NCBI RefSeq assembly: GCF_008831285.2
Contig: NC_045138.2
Location: 22,444,001-22,508,000, forward strand
Source: Nymphaea colorata
Lineage: Eukaryota
Direction: 5' to 3'
DNA length: 64,000 nucleotides
The position numbers were made by a program, and so were the translations under genes. The notes beneath the pieces were generated by a model, which saw only the letters and a list, made by a program, of their open reading frames with translations, searched no databases and was not told the origin of the DNA. Positions 26,301 to 39,388 of the stretch are shown one piece after another (within the stretch, counting starts at the first letter, position 1; the number at the start of each line of letters is the position of its first letter).

Positions 26301-28811
26301 TGATTGTCTTTGGTAAACCTTGCAACCGACATAAGATTTTTGTGTGCTTTAGGAGCATGGAACACATTTTTCAAGATAAAAGATGACGTTTTGCTAGGTA
26401 GAGATATTTTCCCTATATTCTTGATAGGCATCTTACTACCATTGCCAACAATAATAGAATTAGATCCATGATGGAAAACTTTACCTTGCATATCTTGATC
26501 TGAGTTTGTCACATGATGAGAGGCACCTGTGTTTGGATACCAGGCTGGGTCGTGAGTATGGTTGATAGTTTCTTGACTACTAAATGCATTGTCAGACCTT
26601 TCCATGTCAAGTGCCACAGTCATAAATGGCTTTGCAATATCATAGCACTGTTGAGCTGTGTGATTTCTTCCACAGTATTGACAAGTTACTCCTTGACTAG
26701 ACTTGTTAATACTATTATTGTTTTTGCCATAGTTTCCTCGTCCTCCATTATAGTTTCCTCTTCCTCCACTACGGCCTCTACCCCTACCACCATCATAGTT
26801 AGCAAGCCCACGCCCCTAGTTAAAGACACGCCCATGCCCTTGTTCAACAATAAAGGCAGTGGATGTGGCTTCAACCTGAGTCAACTGGGGTGAAGAAAGC
26901 ATTCCAAGTCGCTGCTCTTGAATGATTAACATATCATATAGTTTAGACCATGAAGGCAAATCTTTAAATGCAATAACTGTGGTGATAAAAGATTCATATT
27001 TAAAACTCAGCCCATTCAAAGTATAGAGAACCAACTCTGTATCAGAAACAAAATGCTGCACAGTACTAAGGGAATCATGTAGAAAACTGATATGTTGAAG
27101 ATAATCAGTTATAGACAGTTATCCTTTTTGGATGTTTCGTAATTCTTGTTTGAGTTGAATAATACAAAGATTATTTTATGAGGCATACTGTTTTTCAAGG
27201 ATGCACCAAGCATCTCTAGCAGTGCCAACACGAACTAGTTGTGACATGACTGGTTGAGTCACAATGACTTTGATCCAGCTTAAAGCAAGTTGGTCTTCAT
27301 GATACCATAACTCATGAGCAGGATTTTCTTGTGTACGTGCTTCATCAAGAATTTCAGGAGGCACAAAACATTTTCCATTCACATACTTAATCAGATTTTG
27401 ACTTTTCATAACACTTTCAATTTGAGAACGCCAGAGGAGATAATTTGATCTATCAAGCTTAACTGAAACTAAACTTGAGAAAACATTCCATTGTGTACCT
27501 GGTGTAGCAGAAGCAGGTCGAGAGACACCAAAGGAAGATGATGCAGCCATTTTAAACTCGAGCAGAACAATAGTTGGTGAGCACAAGAACTTCTCTGAAA
27601 ACTATGGAGAGACTTCGCAGAACAGACGGTACTTCAGACCTTTGGTGTTAGCTCCCTTAAGCTCCAATCAACGCCAAATTTTGCCCAAGGATCTCCGAGT
27701 CAACTAGATTTCAGATGGTATACTGTCCGACAGGTGATCCCCACGGAAAAACGCACAAGGAGCGACTGATCTGCCGCTGGTTGCCAGCGAAGTGCGTTCT
27801 CAGGTTTCTGCAACACCAGAAAACCAGTTGCTAAAGAAAAATTCGTAACTCCTCAAATCAAGCTCCAAAAATTTTGAAATTTTGTAGGAAGAATCCTCAG
27901 ATATAGACAATTCCAAAGAGCCCTTGCTCGACCTCTCTCGTCGCCGAAGCTGAAAGCAAAGGCTGATTTCGTGACAGGTTCTCAGGTGGTATTCAAGGGT
28001 TGCAGGCAAGATTCCAACAACAGAGTTCCCTTTAAAAATTCATATCTCCTCACAGGCAGTGTCAAAAATTCTGAAAATTGGTACGGAGATTCCTAAGAAG
28101 TAGACGATTCCAACAAGCTATTATACGTCCCCTGGCATCACCAGAGCTAACAGTGCCAGCCGAAATTACGAGCAGGACTTGACAACATTTAACAGGAAAC
28201 AGGGGAGAAACAGAGGACGCAACAGGGGACAGGCAATGAAAACAATACCGATCGGCAATGACGACGATTCTGGCTGAGCGCCAATTAATCTTCAAGTGCA
28301 GACGGTTCAAATGAATCCCTGCTCGACTACAAGGGTCACTGGAGTTGATAACGTCAGTGGATTTGCCTTGCTGATAACTGTCTGTATTTACCCAGTTTAG
28401 TAGTTCCTGGATGCTATTGTGATGGATACCAATATTCTGCAACTCCAAGCTCTTTTAGCTCTGATACCAAGTTAAGAAACTAAAAGCATACAAGAGAAAG
28501 AGAGAAGGAGAGAAAGAGAAGGACACACAAAATAACGTGGTTCGACTAAACAAGCCTACGTCCACACCAACTATTCTCTCTATTCTTCGATAAATTAACC
28601 AAGAGAGAGTACAAATATTTATAGTCACTGTGTACAATTGAGATCCTTGATTTTAGGATATGGATAGACTTAGGCAAGATTATAGGAGACTATTTTAGAA
28701 ATGGATCTTGCCTTATCAAGAGAAGATCCTTCAGTTTTGAATAACGCAGCATTGGTGTTATCCTCTCATTGATTGTCGTCCTCTCCCTGGTTGTCATGGA
28801 TTCTCTTATCA
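23318..28811 (-). mobile_element. Full-length, disabled Ty1/copia LTR retrotransposon (copia-1; Ale/Retrofit-like by inference)
   Basis: 5' LTR 28470-28811, 3' LTR 23318-23630, perfect 5-bp TSD TAAAG (23313-23317 / 28812-28816), PBS TGGTATCAGAGC (28458-28469, tRNA-iMet type), PPT TGAGGGGAAA (23631-23640). Domain order gag-PR-INT-RT-RH. Confidence 0.95.
23640..27550 (-). pseudogene. gag-pol of copia-1, with stops, frameshifts and an internal deletion
   Basis: VKLDRSNYLLWRSQ (gag), WYPNTGASHHVT (protease, catalytic D replaced by N), YYLLIVDDYSRFSW / SDGGGKF / QQNGIVERKHRH (integrase), QLDVNNVFLHG / LYGLKQ / YIDDII (RT), CDN / HTRTKHIEIDFHFVRE / QLADILTK (RNaseH). Split over many ORFs. Confidence 0.92.
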
Positions 28812-30936
28812 TAAAGACACTAAAAGCTGAAGAGCAACAGCTAAAATATGTACTGCCCATAAGCTAAACACTACCCACAAATTTAACTATTTGCCTAGAA
28901 TTGTGGAACAATGAAATGTATCTGCAACCACCATTACAATGTAGGGCAGAACATGCAGCTGGCCAGGGTGGCTCCAAAAGCACCACGGTGAGTGAAAGTG
29001 AAAGAGCAAAGTTAGAGTTTTCTTATGACTGAGACCAACAAGAATATTGAAATGCTTATGTTTTCTTCTAGAAGGGCTAATTGCCAATACTATCTTAAAT
29101 TTGTATCACCTAATTTATGGTGATACCAAGTGTTGGAAACTGCCAAAGAACTTGTGTGAAACTGAAACTATTTGCATTGGAGCTTAATAGAATTGTGTGG
29201 ACATGGTTCATGGAAATTGGTTCTCATATTGAACAGACAATGATGAATGATAATAATAGAGCAACTGATGACAAGCAGCACATCGAGTTAAATTATGCTA
29301 ACGCATTGAGGTTTTTATACATTTGCTAGTATGACGTTGTTGCTAGACAAAGAGGATCAACCTAGAGAAGATAATAACATATGTAATCTCTGTGTCCTAT
29401 CCTTTAAGCATAACAATCTTCATTTAAGACTAATCTTATATAGTAGAAGGTAGATTGCACAAATATTTTTGTGTACTGAACAAAAGGTAAAGAACAAAGT
29501 GAATCAACCAAGAATTGCAGAAACTACTATCCATAGTTCTTCCTAGCTTCAGTCCACGATCTATTATTTTATTTATATACCGAAGTTATGAACTCTAGAG
29601 ACTCAGAAGCAAGCAAGCAGATGAAAAAAAGGAAAAAGGTGCCATGAGGGTTAGTTGCAAAGCAAAAGGGCGCACAAGGAGAGTGTTAGACCCGAAAAGA
29701 AAGAGAAGACACAAAGACAGAGGGACAAAGAGAGGACCGTGTACCCAGCAAAAAAGATTGCTGCATGCTCTGAAGTTAAGCTGCGAAGACGATGTTGCTA
29801 TGACAACAATTCTGTTTGTTTGTTTGTTTTTTTTTTTTCAAGTAAGAAGAAATAACAGTTCCACCACAAGCTGCATACTCACCTAGAATATACATATACA
29901 TAAATTACTTAGCAATAGTTGGCAAGTGACAAACAAAAAACTTCACAAGAAAACAACGGTTGATGTCACACTAAAATTGCATATCAATTCAGCAGAAATA
30001 AAATGGTTGATTATGTTGTTATTTCAACTTTTCACACCAAAAAGCAAAGTTCACAAAACTATTACAAATGACAAACATTATTGTAATCTAAAGTATCACA
30101 AATTGTCATAAGTTGTTAACTGAAATGTGTAAAGGGGGGGAGCATCAATGTCCGGTAGTTGCATTATGGAAAACATAAATCGTCATACTTAAAAGAAAAA
30201 TGAAGAGATTAAATTGCTTGCCTAAGACATACAATCAGATTTCCTTCTGAATAGATAGTGGAGTTTATGCAGATCAATTAGAATGCTTGTCCAAAGCCTA
30301 TGGTAGAGAATGACAATTGCAATAAAGAAAACAACCATTAAAGGAACATAGAATTTTCCAAGGTACAAGCATGTAATCGGTATCTATCTCTTCCCCCCCG
30401 ACTCATATGGTTCTCGGCTTTCAGGCAATCTCATACTACTAAGAAACAGTTTTCATAGCTTAAACAAATGAAATGATTAAAGACCATCTAAAGCTAACTA
30501 CAACACATGAGCTTCATTCAAAACTATTCCAAAACAAGCTGGATTCAATGGAAAGAAATTAACCCAAAACACATTTGCCGCCAGCTGTTAAAACAATTCA
30601 ACGACATCCTATTTTGCTAGACGATCCTGTTAAAGAAAGAGGAATAGGAACGACAATGAGAAGAAAGAAACTGTATTTCTCATTGTGTATCTATGGATCA
30701 TTTACAAGGTATATATAGAGGCTATTGGATAAGAATCAAGAAACGATCATATCCCTGATTTCTGCTCATACAAGATTATCATTCCTAATTCGTTGCGATT
30801 TCTCAATCTGCAACGTCTAACAACTCATCCTCTTGATTTGGGCGATCTCTGATTCCTTGATTTTGGGAATCTCTGATTCTTTGATTTTGGGCAATCTTCT
30901 TCAACTGTTACATGGAGTAACGTTCAACACTCCCCC

Positions 30937-33900
30937 TCAAGTTGGTGCTCCAGGATCGATTAGACCCAACTTGCATCTGAATTTTACAAACGAGTCTTTT
31001 CCCAATGCCAAAGTAAAAATGTCTGTAGTTTGATTTTCAGTGTGAATTTGCTTAGTACAAATCTCCTTTCTTTGGATCTTCTCTCGAATGACATGGCAGT
31101 CGATTTCAATATGTTTCGTTCTTTCATGAAACACCAGATTTGTTGATATGTGTATTGCTGCTTGATTGTCACAATGCAATTCCATTGGTTGATGATGAAT
31201 AATTCCAAAATCATTAAGAATGTGCTTTATCCAAGTCATCTCACAAGAAGTCAACGCCATTGCTTTATATTCGGCTTCTGCTGAAGACCTTGAAACAGTT
31301 GTTTGTTTCTTAACTTTCCAAGATATTGGACTTTCTCCAATGAAAATGTAAAAACCTGAAGTGGATCTCCTTGTCATTGGGCAAGATGCCCAATCTGAAT
31401 CACAAAAGACTTTGATTATCATGTCACTATGGGATGATGAGAAGACCCCATAACTTGCTGTAGGTTTGATGTAGCGAAAGATCCTGAAAGCTGCCTCTAA
31501 GTGTGTTGTTCTTGGCTGTGACATGAACTGACTCAACATGTGAACACTGTGCATACTATCGGGTCGTGTAATGGTTAGATAGACCAAACGACCAATTATT
31601 TTTCTGAAAAAAGTGGGATCTTGTAATAGTTGCATTTTTTCATCATCCAACTTTAAATGTTGCTCCATGGGTGTTTCACTAGGTTTGGCTCCACTATATC
31701 CAGCTTCATGTAAGATATCCAGCGTGTACTTCTTTTGGGATAAAAAAATCCCTTTCTTGGATCGGGCTACTTCAATACCCAAAAAATATTTTAAATCTCT
31801 CAAATCTTTCAATTGAAATTTGTTATTGAGGATGACTTTCAGTTTCTCGATGGCATTACGATTGTCTCCCGCAATGATTATATCATCAACATACACAATG
31901 ATGAAAATGCTGCATTGTTTATTGATATTGAAGAACAATGAATAATCAGCCTTAGATTGAGAGAAGCCAAGGTGTTTGAGAGTCTTTGATAGTTTAACAA
32001 ACCAGTTGCGAGATGACTGTTTGAGACCATATAAGGATTTGTTTAGCCGACGCACCTGGTTCTCCCCCTGTCGGGTAAACCCGGGAGGCAGTGTCATGTA
32101 GACTTCTTCATGTAGATCACCATGGAAGAAAGCATTGTTGACATCAATTTGAAAAAGACTCCAACCTTTGATAGCTACAACTGATAGAAGACATCGAATA
32201 GTGGTGATTTTAGCAACTGGAGAAAATGTCTCTGTGTAATCAATGTCTTCAGTTTGAGTATACCCTTTAGCAACGAGTCGAGCCTTATAACGTTCAATAG
32301 TACCATTGGCATGATACTTGATTTTATACACCCATCGGCAGCCAATAGGGTGTTTGCCTGGTGGGAGAGAAACAATATCCTAAGTTGAGTTGGCCTCTAG
32401 TGCCCGAATTTCAGCTGCCATAGCGTCTCTCCATTCTTTATGTTGCATTGCCTCTTGAAAGGTGGACGGCTCATGGTGATTGAGAATAGATGTAAGGAAA
32501 GCTTGATAAGTAGGAGAAAACTTGTCTAAATGAAGGTAGTGACACAGGGGGTACCTCGTTCCTTTAGGTTGCATATGTGCCGACATCGATTTAGAAGATG
32601 TGGACTGAGCGATGGAATGACATTGATATTCCTTAAGGTGTGAAGGTGGAACGCGCCGTCTAGTTGATCGCCGCAATTGAGTGTCAGAGGAATCAAGGTG
32701 GGGGGTAATAGTGTCAACGATGTGAGGTTGGTGGTGATCCGATGGTGGTGTCGGTGGTGAGGGTGTAGGTGATTGAGGTGGAGGAGGTTGCGGTGGGCTG
32801 GTTGGGGAAGGTTGGGGTACATATTCAAGTGATTCTTGAGATGGTAGAGGTATAATAACGTCACTATCTTGGACTTGGTGGTTTTGAAAAGGAAATGTAT
32901 TTTCTATAAACTTAACATCTCGACTAGTGAAAATTTCATTGATGTCAAGATCATAGAGTTTATAGGCATTTTGACCAAAAGGGTATCCGACAAAGACACA
33001 TTTACGTGATCGTGAGTCAAATTTATGAGTTTTGCCAATGTTATATGCATAACACAGGCAACCAAAAACACGAATATGATCATATTTGGGAGTTTGTCCA
33101 TAAAGAACTTCATATGAGGTTTTTCTTGTAATGGATGAGTAGACAAACGATTGAGTAAATAAGCAGCAGTTAAAACACATTCCCCCTAAAATTTTATAGG
33201 CAAGCATGCTTGAAAACGAAGGACGCGAGCAATATTTAAGATATCTTTGTGTTTGCGTTCAACCACTCCATTTTGCTGAGATGTGGCAACACAAGAATGT
33301 TGACGCTCGATGCCTTTATGATGTAAATTTTTTTCCATATTTGCAAAAAAAAATTCAGCTCCATTATCACTTCGGATTTTTTTAATGGATGTTTGAAATT
33401 GATTTTCCACTAAATTGATAAATTTTTGAATATAAAAGAATGCTTCAGATTTATAACGCATGAGAAAAACCTATGTGCAACGTGAGAAATTATCCACAAC
33501 AGTGAGAAAATAATGAGCGCCAGACAGTGAAGGTGTATTGTAACCTCCCCAAATATCACAATGAATCAATTGAAATATGCTAGTGGTGGATATTGAACTA
33601 TTAGGAAGGTAAACGAGTTTGTTTGGCAAGATAACATATGGAGCAGTGCTCATTAATATAAAAGGAATTAATAAAACTAAACAAAGACTTTAAGCGAACA
33701 AATGAAGGGTGACCGAGTCTAACATGCCATAGAATAGATTGGTTTGGAGAGGCAGCGGCGGCGCGTGGTTCTTCATTCTCAAGGATATACAAGCCATTCT
33801 GCATTCTACCCTTTCCAATCGTCTTCATCGAGCATCGGTCCTGAATGATACAAGAATGAGTATCAAAGATAACTTGACAATTGTTTTGAGCAACCAATTT

Positions 33901-35145
33901 GGACACAGATAAAAGGTTAAAAGAAAAGGTGGGAACACATAAGACATGATGTAACATGATAGAAAAATTTAAATACAACTGACCAACATGGGTGACTGGA
34001 GTGGTGGAACCATTAGGGAGCTTAACGGGATTAGATTGAGCTAAAGAAGGGGAAACGTGGTTACACAAGCAATTAGTAATATGGTGTGTAGCTCCGGTAT
34101 CGATTATCCATACTTGAGAGGAAGCTAAACAGACAATGGGTGACTGTAACATACCTGCCAGGTTGACCTTGGGTGTTTTAGAATTTATGAATTCCATAAA
34201 CTGATGGTATAGTTCTGGTGTGAGGGGAGGTGACTGCTCTTGAGACTTTGTGGATGGAGGAATTGACAATGCATCATTGGTAGAATGAAGGTTTGCTTGA
34301 GGCTGCTGTCGTTGACCATTAGAAGTGCTCTTCTTGGGAAAGCTGTGAAGAAGGTAGCAGCGAGCCTTAATATGCCCAAGTCGTCCACAATGTCCGCATT
34401 GAGGTCTGGTTCGACCCTTAAATCGGTTGTTGTCATGATTCTGTTTCTTCACAATAGCCGCTGAAATGTTGTCAGATTGTAGGGGAATGTGAAGATCATG
34501 TTAGCATTCCTCTTGAATCAGCAGGGCGTAAGCTTTGGACGTGTTGGGGACGGGATCCATGAGTAAGATCTGGCTACGAATCGCTCCATAGCTTTCATTC
34601 AGCCCCATCAAGAACTGAATTAGTCTGTCATGTTCTTGAATGTCATGCGCTTTCCTCATGGCTCCACATTCACAGGTGGGAAGAGTGACCACCGAATCAT
34701 ACTCATCCCAACGGCCTTTGATTTGAGTGTAATACGCACTAATGGAAGACTGTCCTTGCTTGCAGATAATAATCTGTTGTTGGATTTGGTAAAGACATGG
34801 AGCATTTGACCGGGAAAATCTAGCCTTTAATTCATGTCAAACGTCCGCAGCGTTTGTGGCATAAACGACTGTTGAAGTCAAGGCCTTGTGAAGAGAATTC
34901 AGCAGCCAAGAAAGTACCATGTTGTTGGATATCTCCCAAGAAACAATGAGAGAGTGAGGGCCCGTGGGTTTCGGAATAGAACCATCAACAAAAGCCATCT
35001 TATTTTTGGCTAAAAGAGCCATGGTCATGGCTCTTCTCCACGTTTTATAATTATCTTTAGTGAGCTGTTGGGATACAAGATACATACCAGGGTTGTCCGA
35101 ATGATGAAGAAAGAATGGACTATCTTCTTGAGTGGTTGATGACAT
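30937..35145 (-). pseudogene. gag-pol of copia-2; RT-RNaseH open, gag/INT interrupted by stops and frameshifts
   Basis: SPFFLHHSDNPG...KNKMAFVDGS (gag), CGHCGRLGHIKARC (zinc knuckle), WIIDTGATHHIT (protease), WHVRLGHPS, HCDIWG, SDNGAEF, QQNGVVERKH (integrase), KARLVAKGY, YVDDII, CDSDWA, HERTKHIEIDCH. Confidence 0.93.
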
Positions 35146-35459
35146 GGAATTACCTGACGTTCCATGAAGATCTGCTATAATGTGGCACAAAATTAATTAA
35201 CCGGACACTTGTACGAAGATCCCCTTCACAGGTCTCTAGTGAGAGGACACCGCATGGAGTAGACGCCCCAAATCTCACAACGATCGAGCCTTCCTTGTAA
35301 ATTGCGCCCCTATTTTGTCTTTCAGGAAGGCGCAAGTATGCTTAGGCAAGAACAGGGGTGCAGGGTCGGTGTTTCGTTTGCACACCCACCACCGGAGGAA
35401 TACAAGGTTAAAAAAAAAAAACGAAGAGGGCGCTTGTGCCGCTCGTTCGCGGGGGCAGG

Positions 35460-35780
35460 GGCAATGCAGGAGAGAGTGCTCGTCGGCGATGCAGGAGAGG
35501 GCGCTCGAGCGGGCGCTTCGAGCGGGCGCTTCGAGTGGGTGATGCAGGTGCAGCTCGAGCGGGCGCTCAAGCGGGTGATGCAGGAGAGGGCGCTTCGAGC
35601 GGGTGATGCAGGAGCAGCTCGAGCGGTCGCTCGAGCGGGTGATGCAGGAGCAGTTCGAGCGGACGTTCAAGCGGGTGATGCAGAGGGCTCAAGCAGGACT
35701 TTCGAATGGATGGGAAGCGAGGAGGACGATGCAGAGGGTTAAAAACGAAGAGGACGATGTAGGAGAGGGCTCAAGCAGAT
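35460..35780. repeat. GC-rich tandem array in the copia-2 5' leader
   Basis: Recurrent units such as GCGGGTGATGCAGGAGAGGGCGCTTCGA with embedded CTCGAGCGG sub-repeats, lying between the PBS and gag. Confidence 0.85.
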
Positions 35781-38700
35781 CTCTTCTATTCCTCCGATAA
35801 AAGTTGGGATTTCCCCAAAAACAGAGTGGATCAAGATCGCGTCTGCTGCTTGTGAGCAGGATCATCCATGACCAACAGAGAAGGAGTCAGGTCCAACGGA
35901 TGAAGAAGAACGGCGACCTTCTAGCGGCAGCAAGAAGGTAGGCGGTAGATCCTTTTATTTTTCTTCTATTCCTCACGATTGCTAACCTGGCTCTGATACC
36001 ATGTTAAAGAAAGAGGAATATGAACGATGATGAGAAGAAAGAAACTGTATTTCTCATTGTGTATCTATGGATCATTTACAAGGTATATATAGAGGCTATT
36101 GGATAAGAATCAAGAAACGATCATATCCCTGATTTCTACTCATACAAGATTATCATTCCTAATTCGTTGCGATTTCTCAATCTGCAACGTCTAACAACTC
36201 ATCCTCTTGATTTTGGGCAATCTCTGATTCCTTGATTTTGGGCGATCTTCTTCAACCGTTACATGGAGTAACATTCAACACCAGCCAATTTGGGGTCACA
36301 TTTGTGGAATTTTCGACTGCCATCTTTGATTTATACGACCAAAGGATGGATTAGATGGGTCTTACAATTGATAACAATAGAAACAAAGAAGTTTCACCTT
36401 CAAAAGCTGACCCTTTACCTGCGGATTTCTATGCAAGTATGTTCCGTTTCAACCAAAACCGGCAGCCGTTTCAACCAAAACCGGCAGTTTTCTTCTTTCT
36501 AATCTTAATCTGTAGTCTTACCGCCGGCTACACATTTCTTTTTTCTAATCTTAATTGATTATCTCATTCTGTAGCCTTTGGTTTCTTCACTTCAGTAGTT
36601 ACTTTGGATGGATTCTGCTGAGTGAAGAAACTCAGTGCTATAACAAAGAAAATAATTCTTATCCGGGCTGCTTTATATTCATTGTGGTTCCTGACATAAT
36701 ATTTCCTCAAGTTTTCTTGAGGAAAGATTTGTGTGAACTGTTGCAAAGTTCAGATATATATTTCCGTCTATATTTAGCTATAAAAATTGGAAATTATGTC
36801 TTTCAAAATTGGACAGGTTAGTAGCTCCTATGATGACAAAATAAGCAATAGTTATATTTGCCATTGCCTGTTTGTCATTGGTGGTTTGCAGTCTCTGTAT
36901 GTGAAAGGATTAACAAAGTTAGTTATTTTTTTTTAGATTACTCTTTATTGACATGGTTTTTATTTAGTTGTCTTTTCAGTTTGTACATTATTTTTATAAA
37001 AGTTATATTACTGACAAACGCTTCAACCAACCCCTCACCTTGCCTCATGAGAGCTAGACTCAATGCCTCACCTTCCTCATCGCCTTTTACAACATTGCTT
37101 CACATTAAACAATGATGCTCATATAAAAAAATCTGGCCAGCATATCCGTTCTCATAATGCTTGCATATCAATTAGATGCATGAGTAAATGTAAGTCTGAT
37201 TGTATAGAAGTATCCAAAACATAATCCAGGAACTGAAAGTTGACTTCAGATAAAAATCCATTGTTCATATTCATCAAATCAAATATCAAATATCTAAACG
37301 TACCAAAAACAAAGCAAGGATTAAGATATGGATCCCGAATTAAGTACTAAAACATCTAAGCAAATATCTGCGCCTATAAAGCCTAATCAAAGCAGATAAT
37401 ATATATAAGCCTCAACTCGTGCAAATACATATCTAGATCACAATAAAAGCAAATGGAGCATCCCAAATCTATTATACAATAAAAAAAAATTAAATTGCAT
37501 AAGTAAAACAAGCAGAACACAATAAGCTGGTCACGTATATATAATATAGCATTTAGTATTGTACAATAACTATATTTTAATGCTCATATGTGACAATTAA
37601 AAGCAAAAGACAAACACATGCTTTCCCAGGAAAGCATGCATGATTTTTTTATCACACGATCTAGCGCGTGCTCAGTTCGTAGCCCAATTACACGAGCCCT
37701 GAGCTTCGTAGCTTGAGCTGGCCTTTTGGAAAATGGGCTAAGTCCGTGCACGAGTTGCTCGATTGGTGTGACTCTCTTTTCTAATCTTTTCCCCTTTTGC
37801 ATACTATACCGCCAAATTTTGTGCCTTGCATGGTTTACAAATTAATCGTTTTTTCCCTAATTCCACTGTTATTACGCATTGATTAATCTGGCCACGCCTA
37901 ACTTATCTATATTGTTAAAAACATAGGTTTAGCATCCCCAATTAAAAATAATCCTCTATTTTTATCAAACTTTACGTTATCACTAAATTAATTTTGACTA
38001 ATGAACTTAAGTTACTGAAAGATATACCTTCACGATAAACAATTTCAGGGTTATTAGTTTGCAACAACTCGTTGTATACCTACTTAACACGATTAGGATG
38101 TGTTTACCTAAATTCCGGTTAGTTAGTATTTAAATCAATATAACATTACCCGAAAAATATTTTTTATACTATTAATTTCACTGGAAGAGAAATTTAATTT
38201 CTAGGTGTATTAATGATAACATGAAGCATATTTTTCATGCCTTTGTTTGCAGAGTAATTTTCACTAATTTAATAGTTAACTTCACAGAAATAAACCAGTA
38301 ATCTGCTGTACTTAACTATAGAGAAACATAAGCTTTTATAGAAAAAAGTAAGGTGAAGCTTCCATGATCATCAAATCTTTAAATATGTACATACGTTTTT
38401 TTTTTTTGCATAAAATAAACAAATAAATATATTAGTGAAAATATGCATTGGCAATAAATCCATGAATATGTTCAGTTTGGTTAAAAAAAAAAAGAAAAAT
38501 AGAAATCAAAGGCCATGAATTTGATGAAGATAGGCTGGAAATAGTAGTCGCCAAAGAAAAACAGGTAATAAACTCATTTTTCTATATTGCAATTGTAGAG
38601 AGTGACAATTATGAGGAACAAAGTAATATTGAACGAGCATCACTATGTGAACATTTAATGCTTAGTATCCTTCGCTTATTTTCTTGATCAATGGGGAGCT

Positions 38701-38928
38701 GTGATTGACTTAAAATTTAGAAATATTAGACGAATGAAAAAGATTATCAAACAACAAAACCAAGATGTTGGAGAATGAAGACAAGCAATCTTTTATTTTA
38801 AAGAAGGAATTTTTTGCTACCGGAGCTTTATGAAAAAGACAATAGAAATGAGAGAGAGAAGACATCGCATAGGCTGCATTTTTTTCTCGAACAAAGCATA
38901 ATGTAAAGTGAACATGTTACGGGGTTTC

Positions 38929-38934
<6 letters not shown>

Positions 38935-38996
<62 letters not shown>
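38935..38996. repeat. (TA)n microsatellite (further tracts at ~17048, ~21388, ~39392, ~39898, ~40153, ~42062)
   Basis: Direct observation. Confidence 0.95.
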
Positions 38997-38998
<2 letters not shown>

Positions 38999-39110
38999 TT
39001 CAAGAAGAACTAAAGATTTGTATCACTCCAAGGGAATCATGGAAAACAGTGTGAACGGTGCTGTAGTGAAGGATTTGGAGACAGACTAACGACAATCAAG
39101 GAATAAGAAT

Positions 39111-39388
39111 TGTACTTACATGGTGGAATATGTAGTTCATTTACTTTTCTAGAAGGTAAAATATGTATGTATTGGGAAATGTCCTTACCTGGTGGAACGT
39201 TTAGGTAATGTATTTTTCTGGAATGTCAATATTGTCATATGGGAAATGTCGTTACACGATAAAATATGTAGTATTGTATTTTTTTTTTTGAAAGTAGATA
39301 TGTATATGTATGGAAAGTGTCCTTACTTGGTGAAACATGTAGTTCATGTATTTTTCGCAAATGTAAATGTACATGTATGGGAAATGTT
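39111..39388. repeat. Minisatellite, ~68-bp unit x4
   Basis: Units start TGT(A/C)CTTAC.TGGTG.AA and end ...GTATGGGAAA; four degenerate copies. Confidence 0.75.

Larger units (their letters stand above)
30628..36280 (-). mobile_element. Full-length, disabled Ty1/copia LTR retrotransposon (copia-2)
   Basis: Canonical TG...CA LTRs at 36002-36280 (5') and 30628-30929 (3'), PBS TGGTATCAGAGC (35990-36001), PPT TTGAGGGGGAG (30930-30940). The immediate flanks differ (GATCC vs CCAGC; see findings). Confidence 0.95.

Noticed and set aside
35275..35800. Several 65-146 aa ORFs in the copia-2 leader (extra ORF?)
   Set aside because: Derived from the GC-rich tandem array, open on both strands, low complexity.
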